A DNA stretch of 45,054 nt, from assembly GCA_032718475.1 (NCBI GenBank), contig JAUCBJ010008002.1, positions 1-45,054 of the forward strand. Direction: 5' to 3'. This document shows positions 1 to 12,989 of this stretch, one piece after another. Made by a program: the position numbers and the translations under genes. A model generated the notes under the pieces. That model was not told the DNA's origin. It worked only from the letters and a program-made list of their open reading frames with translations, and made no database searches. The number at the start of each line of letters is the position of its first letter. Position 1 is the stretch's first letter. This DNA comes from Nemertoderma westbladi. Taxonomy: Eukaryota; Animalia; Xenacoelomorpha.

Positions 1-3000
1 CTCAGTAAATAACTACTCTATAGATCGCCGAAGAGGACTCAGTAAATAACTACTCTATAGATCGCAGTGGACTCAGTAAATAACTACTCTATAGATCGCC
101 GAAGAGGACTCAGTAAATAACTACTCTATAGATCGCCGAAGAGGACTCAGTAAATAACTACTCTATAGATCGCCGAAGAGGACTCGGTAAATAACTACTC
201 TATAGATCGCAGTGGACTCAGTAAATAACTACTCTATAGATCGCAGTGGACTCAGTAATACTCAGTACTACTACTTATAGATCGCAGTGGACTCGGTAAA
301 TAACTACTCTATAGATCGCAGTGGACTCAGTAAATAACTACTCTATAGATCGCGAGTGGACTCAGTAAATAACTACTCTATAGATCGCGAGTGGACTCAG
401 TAAATAACTACTCTATAGATCGCAGTGGACTCAGTAAATAACTACTCTATAGATCGCCGAAGAGGACTCAGTAAATAACTACTCTATAGATCGCAGTGGA
501 CTCAGTAAATAACTACTCTATAGATCGCAGTGGACTCAGTAAATAACTACTCTATAGATCGCCGAAGAGGACTCAGTAAATAACTACTCTATAGATCGCA
601 GTGGACTCAGTAAATAACTACTCTATAGATCGCCGAAGAGGACTCAGTAAATAACTACTCTATAGATCGCAGTGGACTCAGTAAATAACTACTCTATAGA
701 TCGCCGAGAGGACTCAGTAAATAACTACTCTATAGATCGCCGAAGAGGACTCGGTAAATAACTACTCTATAGATCGCAGTGGACTCAGTAAATAACTACT
801 CTATAGATCGCAGTGGACTCAGTAAATAACTACTCTATAGATCGCAGTGGACTCAGTAAATAACTACTCTATAGATCGCCGAAGAGGACTCAGTAAATAA
901 CTACTCTATAGATCGCCGAAGAGGACTCAGTAAATAACTACTCTATAGATCGCAGTGGACTCAGTAAATAACTACTCTATAGATCGCCGAAGAGGACTCA
1001 GTAAATAACTACTCTATAGATCGCAGTGGACTCAGTAAATAACTACTCTATAGATCGCAGTGGACTCAGTAAATAACTACTCTATAGATCGCCGAAGAGG
1101 ACTCAGTAAATAACTACTCTATAGATCGCCGAGAGGACTCAGTAAATAACTACTCTATAGATCGCCGAAGTGGACTCAGTAAATAACTACTCTATAGATC
1201 GCCGAAGTGGACTCAGTAAATAACTACTCTATAGATCGCCGAAGAGGACTCAGTAAATAACTACTCTATAGATCGCAGTGGACTCAGTAAATAACTACTC
1301 TATAGATCGCAGTGGACTCAGTAAATAACTACTCTATAGATCGCAGTGGACTCAGTAAATAACTACTCTATAGATCGCAGTGGACTCAGTAAATAACTAC
1401 TCTATAGATCGCCGAAGAGGACTCAGTAAATAACTACTCTATAGATCGCCGAAGAGGACTCAGTAAATAACTACTCTATAGATCGCCGAGAGGACTCGGT
1501 AAATAACTACTCTATAGATCGCAGTGGACTCAGTAAATAACTACTCTATAGATCGCCGAAGAGGACTCAGTAAATAACTACTCTATAGATCGCCGAAGAG
1601 GACTCAGTAAATAACTACTCTATAGATCGCAGTGGACTCAGTAAATAACTACTCTATAGATCGCCGAAGAGGACTCAGTAAATAACTACTCTATAGATCG
1701 CCGAGAGGACTCAGTAAATAACTACTCTATAGATCGCAGTGGACTCAGTAAATAACTACTCTATAGATCGCCGAAGAGGACTCAGTAAATAACTACTCTA
1801 TAGGTCGCAGTGGACTCAGTAAATAACTACTCTATAGATCGCCGAAGAGGACTCAGTAAATAACTACTCTATAGATCGCCGAAGAGGACTCAGTAAATAA
1901 CTACTCTATAGATCGCAGTGGACTCAGTAAATAACTACTCTATAGATCGCCGAAGAGGACTCAGTAAATAACTACTCTATAGATCGCCGAAGAGGACTCA
2001 GTAAATAACTACTCTATAGATCGCAGTGGACTCGGTAAATAACTACTCTATAGATCGCCGAAGAGGACTCAGTAAATAACTACTCTATAGATCGCCGAAG
2101 AGGACTCAGTAAATAACTACTCTATAGATCGCAGTGGACTCAGTAAATAACTACTCTATAGATCGCCGAAGAGGACTCAGTAAATAACTACTCTATAGAT
2201 CGCCGAAGAGGACTCAGTAAATAACTACTCTATAGATCGCCGAGAGGACTCAGTAAATAACTACTCTATAGATCGCCGAAGAGGACTCAGTAAATAACTA
2301 CTCTATAGATCGCAGTGGACTCAGTAAATAACTACTCTATAGATCGCCGAAGAGGACTCAGTAAATAACTACTCTATAGATCGCAGTGGACTCAGTAAAT
2401 AACTACTCTATAGATCGCCGAAGAGGACTCGGTAAATAACTACTCTATAGATCGCCGAAGAGGACTCAGTAAATAACTACTCTATAGATCGCAGTGGACT
2501 CAGTAAATAACTACTCTATAGATCGCCGAAGAGGACTCAGTAAATAACTACTCTATAGATCGCAGTGGACTCAGTAAATAACTACTCTATAGATCGCCGA
2601 AGAGGACTCAGTAAATAACTACTCTATAGATCGCCGAAGAGGACTCGGTAAATAACTACTCTATAGATCGCGAAGTGGACTCAGTAAATAACTACTCTAT
2701 AGATCGCAGTGGACTCAGTAAATAACTACTCTATAGATCGCCGAAGAGGACTCAGTAAATAACTACTCTATAGATCGCAGTGGACTCAGTAAATAACTAC
2801 TCTATAGATCGCCGAAGAGGACTCAGTAAATAACTACTCTATAGATCGCCGAAGAGGACTCAGTAAATAACTACTCTATAGATCGCCGAAGAGGACTCGG
2901 TAAATAACTACTCTATAGGTCGCAGTGGACTCAGTAAATAACTACTCTATAGATCGCCGAAGAGGACTCAGTAAATAACTACTCTATAGATCGCCGAAGA

Positions 3001-6000
3001 GGACTCGGTAAATAACTACTCTATAGATCGCCGAAGAGGACTCAGTAAATAACTACTCTATAGATCGCCGAAGAGGACTCAGTAAATAACTACTCTATAG
3101 ATCGCCGAAGAGGACTCGGTAAATAACTACTCTATAGATCGCAGTGGACTCAGTAAATAACTACTCTATAGATCGCCGAAGAGGACTCAGTAAATAACTA
3201 CTCTATAGATCGCCGAAGAGGACTCAGTAAATAACTACTCTATAGATCGCAGTGGACTCAGTAAATAACTACTCTATAGATCGCCGAAGAGGACTCAGTA
3301 AATAACTACTCTATAGATCGCCGAAGAGGACTCAGTAAATAACTACTCTATAGATCGCCGAAGAGGACTCGGTAAATAACTACTCTATAGATCGCAGTGG
3401 ACTCAGTAAATAACTACTCTATAGATCGCCGAAGAGGACTCAGTAAATAACTACTCTATAGGTCGCAGTGGACTCAGTAAATAACTACTCTATAGATCGC
3501 CGAAGAGGACTCAGTAAATAACTACTCTATAGATCGCCGAAGAGGACTCAGTAAATAACTACTCTATAGATCGCAGTGGACTCGGTAAATAACTACTCTA
3601 TAGATCGCAGTGGACTCGGTAAATAACTACTCTATAGATCGCAGTGGACTCGGTAAATAACTACTCTATAGATCGCCGAAGAGGACTCAGTAAATAACTA
3701 CTCTATAGATCGCAGTGGACTCAGTAAATAACTACTCTATAGATCGCCGAAGAGGACTCAGTAAATAACTACTCTATAGATCGCAGTGGACTCAGTAAAT
3801 AACTACTCTATAGATCGCCGAAGAGGACTCAGTAAATAACTACTCTATAGATCGCCGAAGAGGACTCGGTAAATAACTACTCTATAGATCGCAGTGGACT
3901 CAGTAAATAACTACTCTATAGATCGCCGAAGAGGACTCAGTAAATAACTACTCTATAGGTCGCAGTGGACTCAGTAAATAACTACTCTATAGATCGCCGA
4001 AGAGGACTCAGTAAATAACTACTCTATAGATCGCCGAAGAGGACTCAGTAAATAACTACTCTATAGATCGCAGTGGACTCGGTAAATAACTACTCTATAG
4101 ATCGCAGTGGACTCGGTAAATAACTACTCTATAGATCGCAGTGGACTCGGTAAATAACTACTCTATAGATCGCCGAAGAGGACTCAGTAAATAACTACTC
4201 TATAGATCGCAGTGGACTCAGTAAATAACTACTCTATAGATCGCAGTGGACTCAGTAAATAACTACTCTATAGATCGCCGAAGAGGACTCAGTAAATAAC
4301 TACTCTATAGATCGCCGAAGAGGACTCAGTAAATAACTACTCTATAGATCGCAGTGGACTCAGTAAATAACTACTCTATAGATCGCAGTGGACTCAGTAA
4401 ATAACTACTCTATAGATCGCAGTGGACTCAGTAAATAACTACTCTATAGATCGCCGAAGAGGACTCAGTAAATAACTACTCTATAGATCGCAGTGGACTC
4501 AGTAAATAACTACTCTATAGATCGCCGAAGAGGACTCAGTAAATAACTACTCTATAGATCGCCGAAGAGGACTCAGTAAATAACTACTCTATAGATCGCC
4601 GAAGAGGACTCAGTAAATAACTACTCTATAGATCGCCGAAGAGGACTCAGTAAATAACTACTCTATAGATCGCCGAAGAGGACTCAGTAAATAACTACTC
4701 TATAGATCGCAGTGGACTCAGTAAATAACTACTCTATAGATCGCAGTGGACTCAGTAAATAACTACTCTATAGATCGCAGTGGACTCGGTAAATAACTAC
4801 TCTATAGATCGCCGAAGAGGACTCAGTAAATAACTACTCTATAGATCGCAGTGGACTCAGTAAATAACTACTCTATAGATCGCAGTGGACTCAGTAAATA
4901 ACTACTCTATAGATCGCCGAAGAGGACTCAGTAAATAACTACTCTATAGATCGCCGAAGAGGACTCAGTAAATAACTACTCTATAGATCGCAGTGGACTC
5001 AGTAAATAACTACTCTATAGATCGCAGTGGACTCAGTAAATAACTACTCTATAGATCGCAGTGGACTCAGTAAATAACTACTCTATAGATCGCCGAAGAG
5101 GACTCAGTAAATAACTACTCTATAGATCGCAGTGGACTCAGTAAATAACTACTCTATAGATCGCAGTGGACTCAGTAAATAACTACTCTATAGATCGCAG
5201 TGGACTCAGTAAATAACTACTCTATAGATCGCCGAGAGGACTCAGTAAATAACTACTCTATAGATCGCAGTGGACTCAGTAAATAACTACTCTATAGATC
5301 GCAGTGGACTCAGTAAATAACTACTCTATAGATCGCGAGAGGACTCAGTAAATAACTACTCTATAGATCGCAGTGGACTCAGTAAATAACTACTCTATAG
5401 ATCGCAGTGGACTCAGTAAATAACTACTCTATAGATCGCAGTGGACTCGGTAAATAACTACTCTATAGATCGCCGAGTGGACTCAGTAAATAACTACTCT
5501 ATAGATCGCAGTGGACTCAGTAAATAACTACTCTATAGATCGCAGTGGACTCAGTAAATAACTACTCTATAGATCGCCGAAGAGGACTCAGTAAATAACT
5601 ACTCTATAGATCGCCGAAGAGGACTCAGTAAATAACTACTCTATAGATCGCAGTGGACTCAGTAAATAACTACTCTATAGATCGCAGTGGACTCAGTAAA
5701 TAACTACTCTATAGATCGCCGAAGAGGACTCAGTAAATAACTACTCTATAGATCGCCGAAGAGGACTCAGTAAATAACTACTCTATAGATCGCAGTGGAC
5801 TCAGTAAATAACTACTCTATAGATCGCCGAAGAGGACTCAGTAAATAACTACTCTATAGATCGCCGAAGAGGACTCAGTAAATAACTACTCTATAGATCG
5901 CCGAAGAGGACTCAGTAAATAACTACTCTATAGATCGCCGAAGAGGACTCAGTAAATAACTACTCTATAGATCGCCGAAGAGGACTCAGTAAATAACTAC

Positions 6001-9000
6001 TCTATAGATCGCAGTGGACTCGGTAAATAACTACTCTATAGATCGCAGTGGACTCGGTAAATAACTACTCTATAGATCGCAGTGGACTCGGTAAATAACT
6101 ACTCTATAGATCGCCGAAGAGGACTCAGTAAATAACTACTCTATAGATCGCAGTGGACTCAGTAAATAACTACTCTATAGATCGCAGTGGACTCAGTAAA
6201 TAACTACTCTATAGATCGCCGAAGAGGACTCAGTAAATAACTACTCTATAGATCGCCGAAGAGGACTCAGTAAATAACTACTCTATAGATCGCAGTGGAC
6301 TCAGTAAATAACTACTCTATAGATCGCAGTGGACTCAGTAAATAACTACTCTATAGATCGCAGTGGACTCAGTAAATAACTACTCTATAGATCGCCGAAG
6401 AGGACTCAGTAAATAACTACTCTATAGATCGCAGTGGACTCAGTAAATAACTACTCTATAGATCGCAGTGGACTCGGTAAATAACTACTCTATAGATCGC
6501 AGTGGACTCAGTAAATAACTACTCTATAGATCGCAGTGGACTCAGTAAATAACTACTCTATAGATCGCAGTGGACTCAGTAAATAACTACTCTATAGATC
6601 GCAGTGGACTCAGTAAATAACTACTCTATAGATCGCCGAAGAGGACTCAGTAAATAACTACTCTATAGATCGCCGAAGAGGACTCAGTAAATAACTACTC
6701 TATAGATCGCAGTGGACTCAGTAAATAACTACTCTATAGATCGCAGTGGACTCGGTAAATAACTACTCTATAGATCGCAGTGGACTCAGTAAATAACTAC
6801 TCTATAGATCGCAGTGGACTCAGTAAATAACTACTCTATAGATCGCCGTGGACTCAGTAAATAACTACTCTATAGATCGCCGAAGAGGACTCAGTAAATA
6901 ACTACTCTATAGATCGCCGAAGAGGACTCAGTAAATAACTACTCTATAGGTCGCAGTGGACTCAGTAAATAACTACTCTATAGATCGCAGTGGACTCAGT
7001 AAATAACTACTCTATAGATCGCCGAAGAGGACTCAGTAAATAACTACTCTATAGATCGCCGAAGAGGACTCGGTAAATAACTACTCTATAGATCGCAGTG
7101 GACTCAGTAAATAACTACTCTATAGATCGCCGAAGAGGACTCAGTAAATAACTACTCTATAGGTCGCAGTGGACTCAGTAAATAACTACTCTATAGATCG
7201 CAGTGGACTCAGTAAATAACTACTCTATAGATCGCCGAAGAGGACTCAGTAAATAACTACTCTATAGGTCGCAGTGGACTCAGTAAATAACTACTCTATA
7301 GATCGCAGTGGACTCAGTAAATAACTACTCTATAGATCGCCGAAGAGGACTCAGTAAATAACTACTCTATAGATCGCCGAAGAGGACTCAGTAAATAACT
7401 ACTCTATAGATCGCCGAAGAGGACTCAGTAAATAACTACTCTATAGGTCGCAGTGGACTCAGTAAATAACTACTCTATAGATCGCAGTGGACTCAGTAAA
7501 TAACTACTCTATAGATCGCCGAAGAGGACTCAGTAAATAACTACTCTATAGGTCGCAGTGGACTCAGTAAATAACTACTCTATAGATCGCAGTGGACTCA
7601 GTAAATAACTACTCTATAGATCGCCGAAGTGGACTCAGTAAATAACTACTCTATAGATCGCAGTGGACTCAGTAAATAACTACTCTATAGATCGCCGAAG
7701 AGGACTCAGTAAATAACTACTCTATAGGTCGCAGTGGACTCAGTAAATAACTACTCTATAGATCGCAGTGGACTCAGTAAATAACTACTCTATAGATCGC
7801 CGAAGAGGACTCAGTAAATAACTACTCTATAGGTCGCAGTGGACTCAGTAAATAACTACTCTATAGATCGCAGTGGACTCAGTAAATAACTACTCTATAG
7901 ATCGCCGAAGAGGACTCAGTAAATAACTACTCTATAGATCGCCGAAGAGGACTCAGTAAATAACTACTCTATAGATCGCCGAAGAGGACTCAGTAAATAA
8001 CTACTCTATAGGTCGCAGTGGACTCAGTAAATAACTACTCTATAGATCGCCGAAGAGGACTCAGTAAATAACTACTCTATAGATCGCCGAAGAGGACTCA
8101 GTAAATAACTACTCTATAGATCGCAGTGGACTCAGTAAATAACTACTCTATAGATCGCCGAAGAGGACTCAGTAAATAACTACTCTATAGGTCGCAGTGG
8201 ACTCAGTAAATAACTACTCTATAGATCGCAGTGGACTCAGTAAATAACTACTCTATAGATCGCAGTGGACTCAGTAAATAACTACTCTATAGATCGCCGA
8301 AGAGGACTCAGTAAATAACTACTCTATAGATCGCCGAAGAGGACTCAGTAAATAACTACTCTATAGATCGCCGAAGAGGACTCAGTAAATAACTACTCTA
8401 TAGATCGCAGTGGACTCAGTAAATAACTACTCTATAGATCGCCGAAGAGGACTCAGTAAATAACTACTCTATAGATCGCCGAAGAGGACTCAGTAAATAA
8501 CTACTCTATAGATCGCCGAAGAGGACTCAGTAAATAACTACTCTATAGATCGCAGAGGACTCAGTAAATAACTACTCTATAGATCGCAGTGGACTCAGTA
8601 AATAACTACTCTATAGATCGCCGAAGAGGACTCAGTAAATAACTACTCTATAGATCGCCGAAGAGGACTCAGTAAATAACTACTCTATAGATCGCCGAAG
8701 AGGACTCAGTAAATAACTACTCTATAGATCGCCGAAGAGGACTCAGTAAATAACTACTCTATAGATCGCCGAAGAGGACTCAGTAAATAACTACTCTATA
8801 GATCGCCGAAGAGGACTCAGTAAATAACTACTCTATAGATCGCAGTGGACTCGGTAAATAGTAAATAACTACTCTATAGATCGCAGTGGACTCGGTAAAT
8901 AACTACTCTATAGATCGCAGTGGACTCAGTAAATAACTACTCTATAGATCGCAGTGGACTCGGTAAATAACTACTCTATAGATCGCCGAAGAGGACTCAG

Positions 9001-9540
9001 TAAATAACTACTCTATAGATCGCCGAAGAGGACTCAGTAAATAACTACTCTATAGATCGCCGAAGAGGACTCAGTAAATAACTACTCTATAGATCGCAGT
9101 GGACTCAGTAAATAACTACTCTATAGATCGCAGTGGACTCAGTAAATAACTACTCTATAGATCGCAGTGGACTCGGTAAATAACTACTCTATAGATCGCA
9201 GTGGACTCGGTAAATAACTACTCTATAGATCGCAGTGGACTCGGTAAATAACTACTCTATAGATCGCAGTGGACTCAGTAAATAACTACTCTATAGATCG
9301 CCGAAGAGGACTCAGTAAATAACTACTCTATAGATCGCAGTGGACTCGGTAAATAACTACTCTATAGATCGCCGAAGAGGACTCGGTAAATAACTACTCT
9401 ATAGATCGCAGTGGACTCAGTAAATAACTACTCTATAGATCGCAGTGGACTCAGTAAATAACTACTCTATAGATCGCCGAAGAGGACTCAGTAAATAACT
9501 ACTCTATAGATCGCAGTGGACTCAGTAAATAACTACTCTA
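1..9540. repeat. Tandem satellite of two interleaved monomers: 37 bp CTCAGTAAATAACTACTCTATAGATCGCCGAAGAGGA and 34 bp CTCAGTAAATAACTACTCTATAGATCGCAGTGGA (roughly 270 units; runs off the window start)
   Basis: Read directly. Constant 28-bp core with alternative ends. Recurrent variants CTCGGT and TATAGGTCG. Contains the palindrome TCTATAGA. Confidence 0.98.
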
Positions 9541-9576
9541 CACTAGATCGCGATAGACGTCGCGATAGACAAATAT

Positions 9577-12500
9577 GATAGAGATATGCTGAGATTTCTA
9601 TGGGTCAAGGACATAAATGAGGTAAATTGTTCTAACCCAAATATTAAAGCATATCGCTATACGCGTGCCTAACAACGTGCGCGTGCCTAACAACGTGTTT
9701 GGCCTAACAACAAGTCCGCATATTTTGTGCAAAATAATTGCTATACATTTAGATTCTAAATTAGAAAAAGCCAATGAAGCTGAAAATTTGAATTTAGCAA
9801 GTTTAGAATCTGAAAAAGAGGCATTAGGGAAATTGAAAGATGACATCTACGTAGACGATTTGATATCCGGGGCTCAGTGCATAAAGTCTGGTTTTCTATT
9901 TTATAAAACGCTAAGCGTATTATGTTATCCGGTGGATTTGAGTTAAGAAAATGGTTATCAAATTCCCAAATATTACAAGAACAAATAGACAAATTAGAAA
10001 AGCAGCAAATTGTGTCATTGGATACCAACATGGTTCCCATTGTACACGAGGAAGACCAGACTTATGCAAAGGAGTCGACAGGGTCATCAAACTTAAATCA
10101 TTGTGAGAACGGAACAATTACCAGGGTATTAGGACAGGTGTGGGATCGTAGCTCAGATATGTTGGGTTATAACCTCACTCATTTAAAACAATTCGCAAAT
10201 ACTTCGACTCCAACAAAAAAATCTATATTGCAAATTACTGCACGGATATATGACCCTTTAGGTCTAATATCGCCATTTTCAGTTGCTCTGAAAATAGCGT
10301 ATCGAAAATTGTCTCAGACGGAGGTTAAATGGGATGCTCCTTTGCCGCATCCCTACTTAGAACAATGGCCACACTGGATAGAAGGATTAGAAATATTAAA
10401 TCAAGTTGTAGTTCCAAGGTGTATTTTTAGTCCTATTAATCCAAACAAATATGTGTTGCATATGTTTTCTGACGCAAGTATAAACATATATGCAGCAGCT
10501 GTTTACATTCGCATTATGAACATTGATGATTCAGTTACAACTCATTTATTAACCAGCAAGTCAAAAATAGCGCCACAGCAAGATCCTTCTATACCACGGC
10601 TTGAGTTATTAGGCGGATTAGTTGGATCAAGACTTATATTGTTTGTATCAAATTCACTCCCCGCAAATATAAGGAAAAGTATCTCCAGGATATTCTGTTG
10701 GACAGATGCTTTAGATGTTTTGTATTGGCTTGCAATACCCAATACATCAGAGAAACAATTCGTGCAAAACCGCGTAAAGGAAATGCGACAAATTGCATCT
10801 AATTTAGGAGCAATTTGGCGGCATTGTCCAGGTACACAAAATCCGGCGGACGTAGCTACTCGGATAACAACAGCTGCCCAATTGGTAAACAATAAATTGT
10901 TGTTCCAGGGTCCAGACTTTCTTTCAGGGGGGGATGATGACTGGCCACCATCACAAGTTATTGTTGAAACACAAGTGTCACAAGAATGTCTCAATGAAAT
11001 AAAGTCTGGACCAGTAATCGCCGTTTCTGTTAGTACACCATTGTCAACATTAAACAATGTAATCAATATAACAGACTACAGTACGAAACGAAATCTACTA
11101 CGGACTCTAGCTTGGGTCTTAAGATTCATTAGTAACCTGCAAGCACCAAAACGCAAGACTGATTCAGCACTGTTTCTTAACTATGTCTCAGCTAGTGAGC
11201 TTGGTGTAGCCGAGAGACGAGTTATTGAAGCAGAGCAACAAACGAGTTACCCAAATGTAATAGAGTATTTACAAGGAAAATCAGTAACTTTAGTAAATAA
11301 AGTAAATTTTAACTAAAGTAAATCAGTAATCTTAATTATTTGTTCAGGTAGAGTAGTAAATGAATTTATTCCTACCCACACACAAAATCCAATTCTATTA
11401 CCACCAAAAGGTCATTACACACGACTTGTAATATTACGTGCTCATGAGATTGTTGCGCATTCCAGAGTAAGAGATACCTTAGTGCAAGTTAGGGAACGAT
11501 TTTGGATTCCCTCAGGTCGACGAGTTATTAAGCAAGTAATAAGCTCGTGTGGACCTTGCAAGCGAATACAAGGCAAGCCATTTGATATGCCTAAGATTGG
11601 CCCTTTACCTGAACCAAGAACTGTTTATACTCTCGGACCCTTTAGCGCTGTTGGCATAGATTTTGCAGGGCCTATAACAGCTGTGGCTAAAACTACAGAT
11701 GCTATACCAGTTACAGGCAATGGCAATGGATATGTTTGTTTACTTGTGCAACTGTGAGAGCGGTTCATCTGGAACTGGTAGGTTCTCTTATGGCGAGTGC
11801 ATTCATAAATTCATTTAAAAGATTTATTGCCAGGAGAGGTGTTCCACAAATAATATATAGCGATAACGGTACTAACTTTAAATGCTCAGCAAAAGAGTTA
11901 AAAATATATCAAACATTTTTGAGTGACCCCGAAGTAGTGCGCTTATTCGGGGAATACAATATAAAATGGGAAAAGAATATTGCACGCAACCCGCAAGCAT
12001 TCGGGTTCATTGAACGTGTAGTAGGTATGATGAAAAATTGCTTTCGCAAGTCTATAGGCCGTGCAATTCTTTCCTTAGAAGAACTTCACAGTGTCCTCCT
12101 ATCGGTAGAGGCAGCAGTCAACAGTAGACCCATTACATACGTATACAGTCAGTTAGAGGATGATATTCAGCCTTTCACTCCTAGTCATTTTCTTGTCGGT
12201 AAAAGACTGTGTGCATTACCTGACCCATCAGTCAAAATTACTCTACCAATCCCAAACTCTAGTAATAGAGCTGCTCTAATTGACAGAGCCAAATATCAAG
12301 AGCGAGCTAGCAATGCTTTTACCTACCTTTGGCGCGCAGACTACCTTCGTGAATTACGAAGCATGCACACCAAAAACAATGTTTCACGAAAATCCCAAAC
12401 AATTCCTAGCGTAGGAGACGTATGTATTCTCCACAGCGACTCACTTCCACGTTGTATGTGGAAATTATGTTATATACAAGAACTTATTGTGTCTCGAGAT

Positions 12501-12629
12501 GAATCAATAAGGTCTGCAAAAATCAAACTCGTGCCTAGGGGAAAGCAAGCTAGAGTTCTTGTTCGCTCTCTTAGACAAATTTATCCTCTAGAAATTAATA
12601 ACGCCTCCAATATTACAAAAATTCCGTAG
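9577..12629 (+). pseudogene. pol: BEL/Pao pol remnant (RT C-terminal half, Pao RNase H, integrase), frameshifted
   Basis: RT: DRDMLRFLW (from 9577), FGLTTSP, YVDDLISG. Connection/RNase H: IYDPLG, FSDAS..YAA, IPRLEL, WTDA, FVQNRV, NPADVATR. Integrase: H..H/CGPC, GIDFAGP, SDNGTNF, ERVV, and a DUF5641-like tail. Split across ORFs 9665, 9922, 11482 and 11736. Confidence 0.92.
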
Positions 12630-12718
12630 TTATTATGCAAATTAACATCAACTTAGATTATGGATGAGGTTATAATTTAATTTATCGTGTTGTTAGTTTT
12701 ACAACTAACAAGGGGGAG

Positions 12719-12924
12719 TGTCATAAATTGTAATCGGAATTTATTATGTATGTGCAATTTATGTAATTTATTTATCGTCTTTATTGTTTCAATAATTAGT
12801 TAAAAGCAAACAATTCCGGTGTTCAGTACAATTTATGAGATACAGTACAATTTATGAGACACAGTACAATTTGATGTAACACAAAGAACACAAGGAATTG
12901 TGAGCTCAGTCTTCAATATTGACA
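12719..12924 (+). repeat. Putative 3' LTR of element 1
   Basis: Starts TGTCA right after the PPT and ends TGACA (terminal inverted repeat). Contains an internal ~19-bp tandem CAGTACAATTTATGAGA. No partner LTR is available to confirm the end. Confidence 0.6.
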
Positions 12925-12989
12925 CAGACTCACGGTTGTGAGTCACTGTGAGTAATTTGTGCAGAAAGTTATATTTGTATTTTATATTC

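Larger units (their letters stand above)
9572..12924 (+). mobile_element. BEL/Pao LTR retrotransposon, 5'-truncated (element 1)
   Basis: Pol motifs in BEL order: RT, RNase H, integrase. Polypurine tract AAGGGGGAG at 12710-12718 followed by TGTCA. Gag, protease and 5' LTR are absent. Confidence 0.93.

Noticed and set aside
1-9540. CRISPR-like array (constant 28-bp core with a variable end)
   Set aside because: The variable part is only two alternative 6-9-bp endings, not unique spacers. There are no cas genes and the context is eukaryotic.
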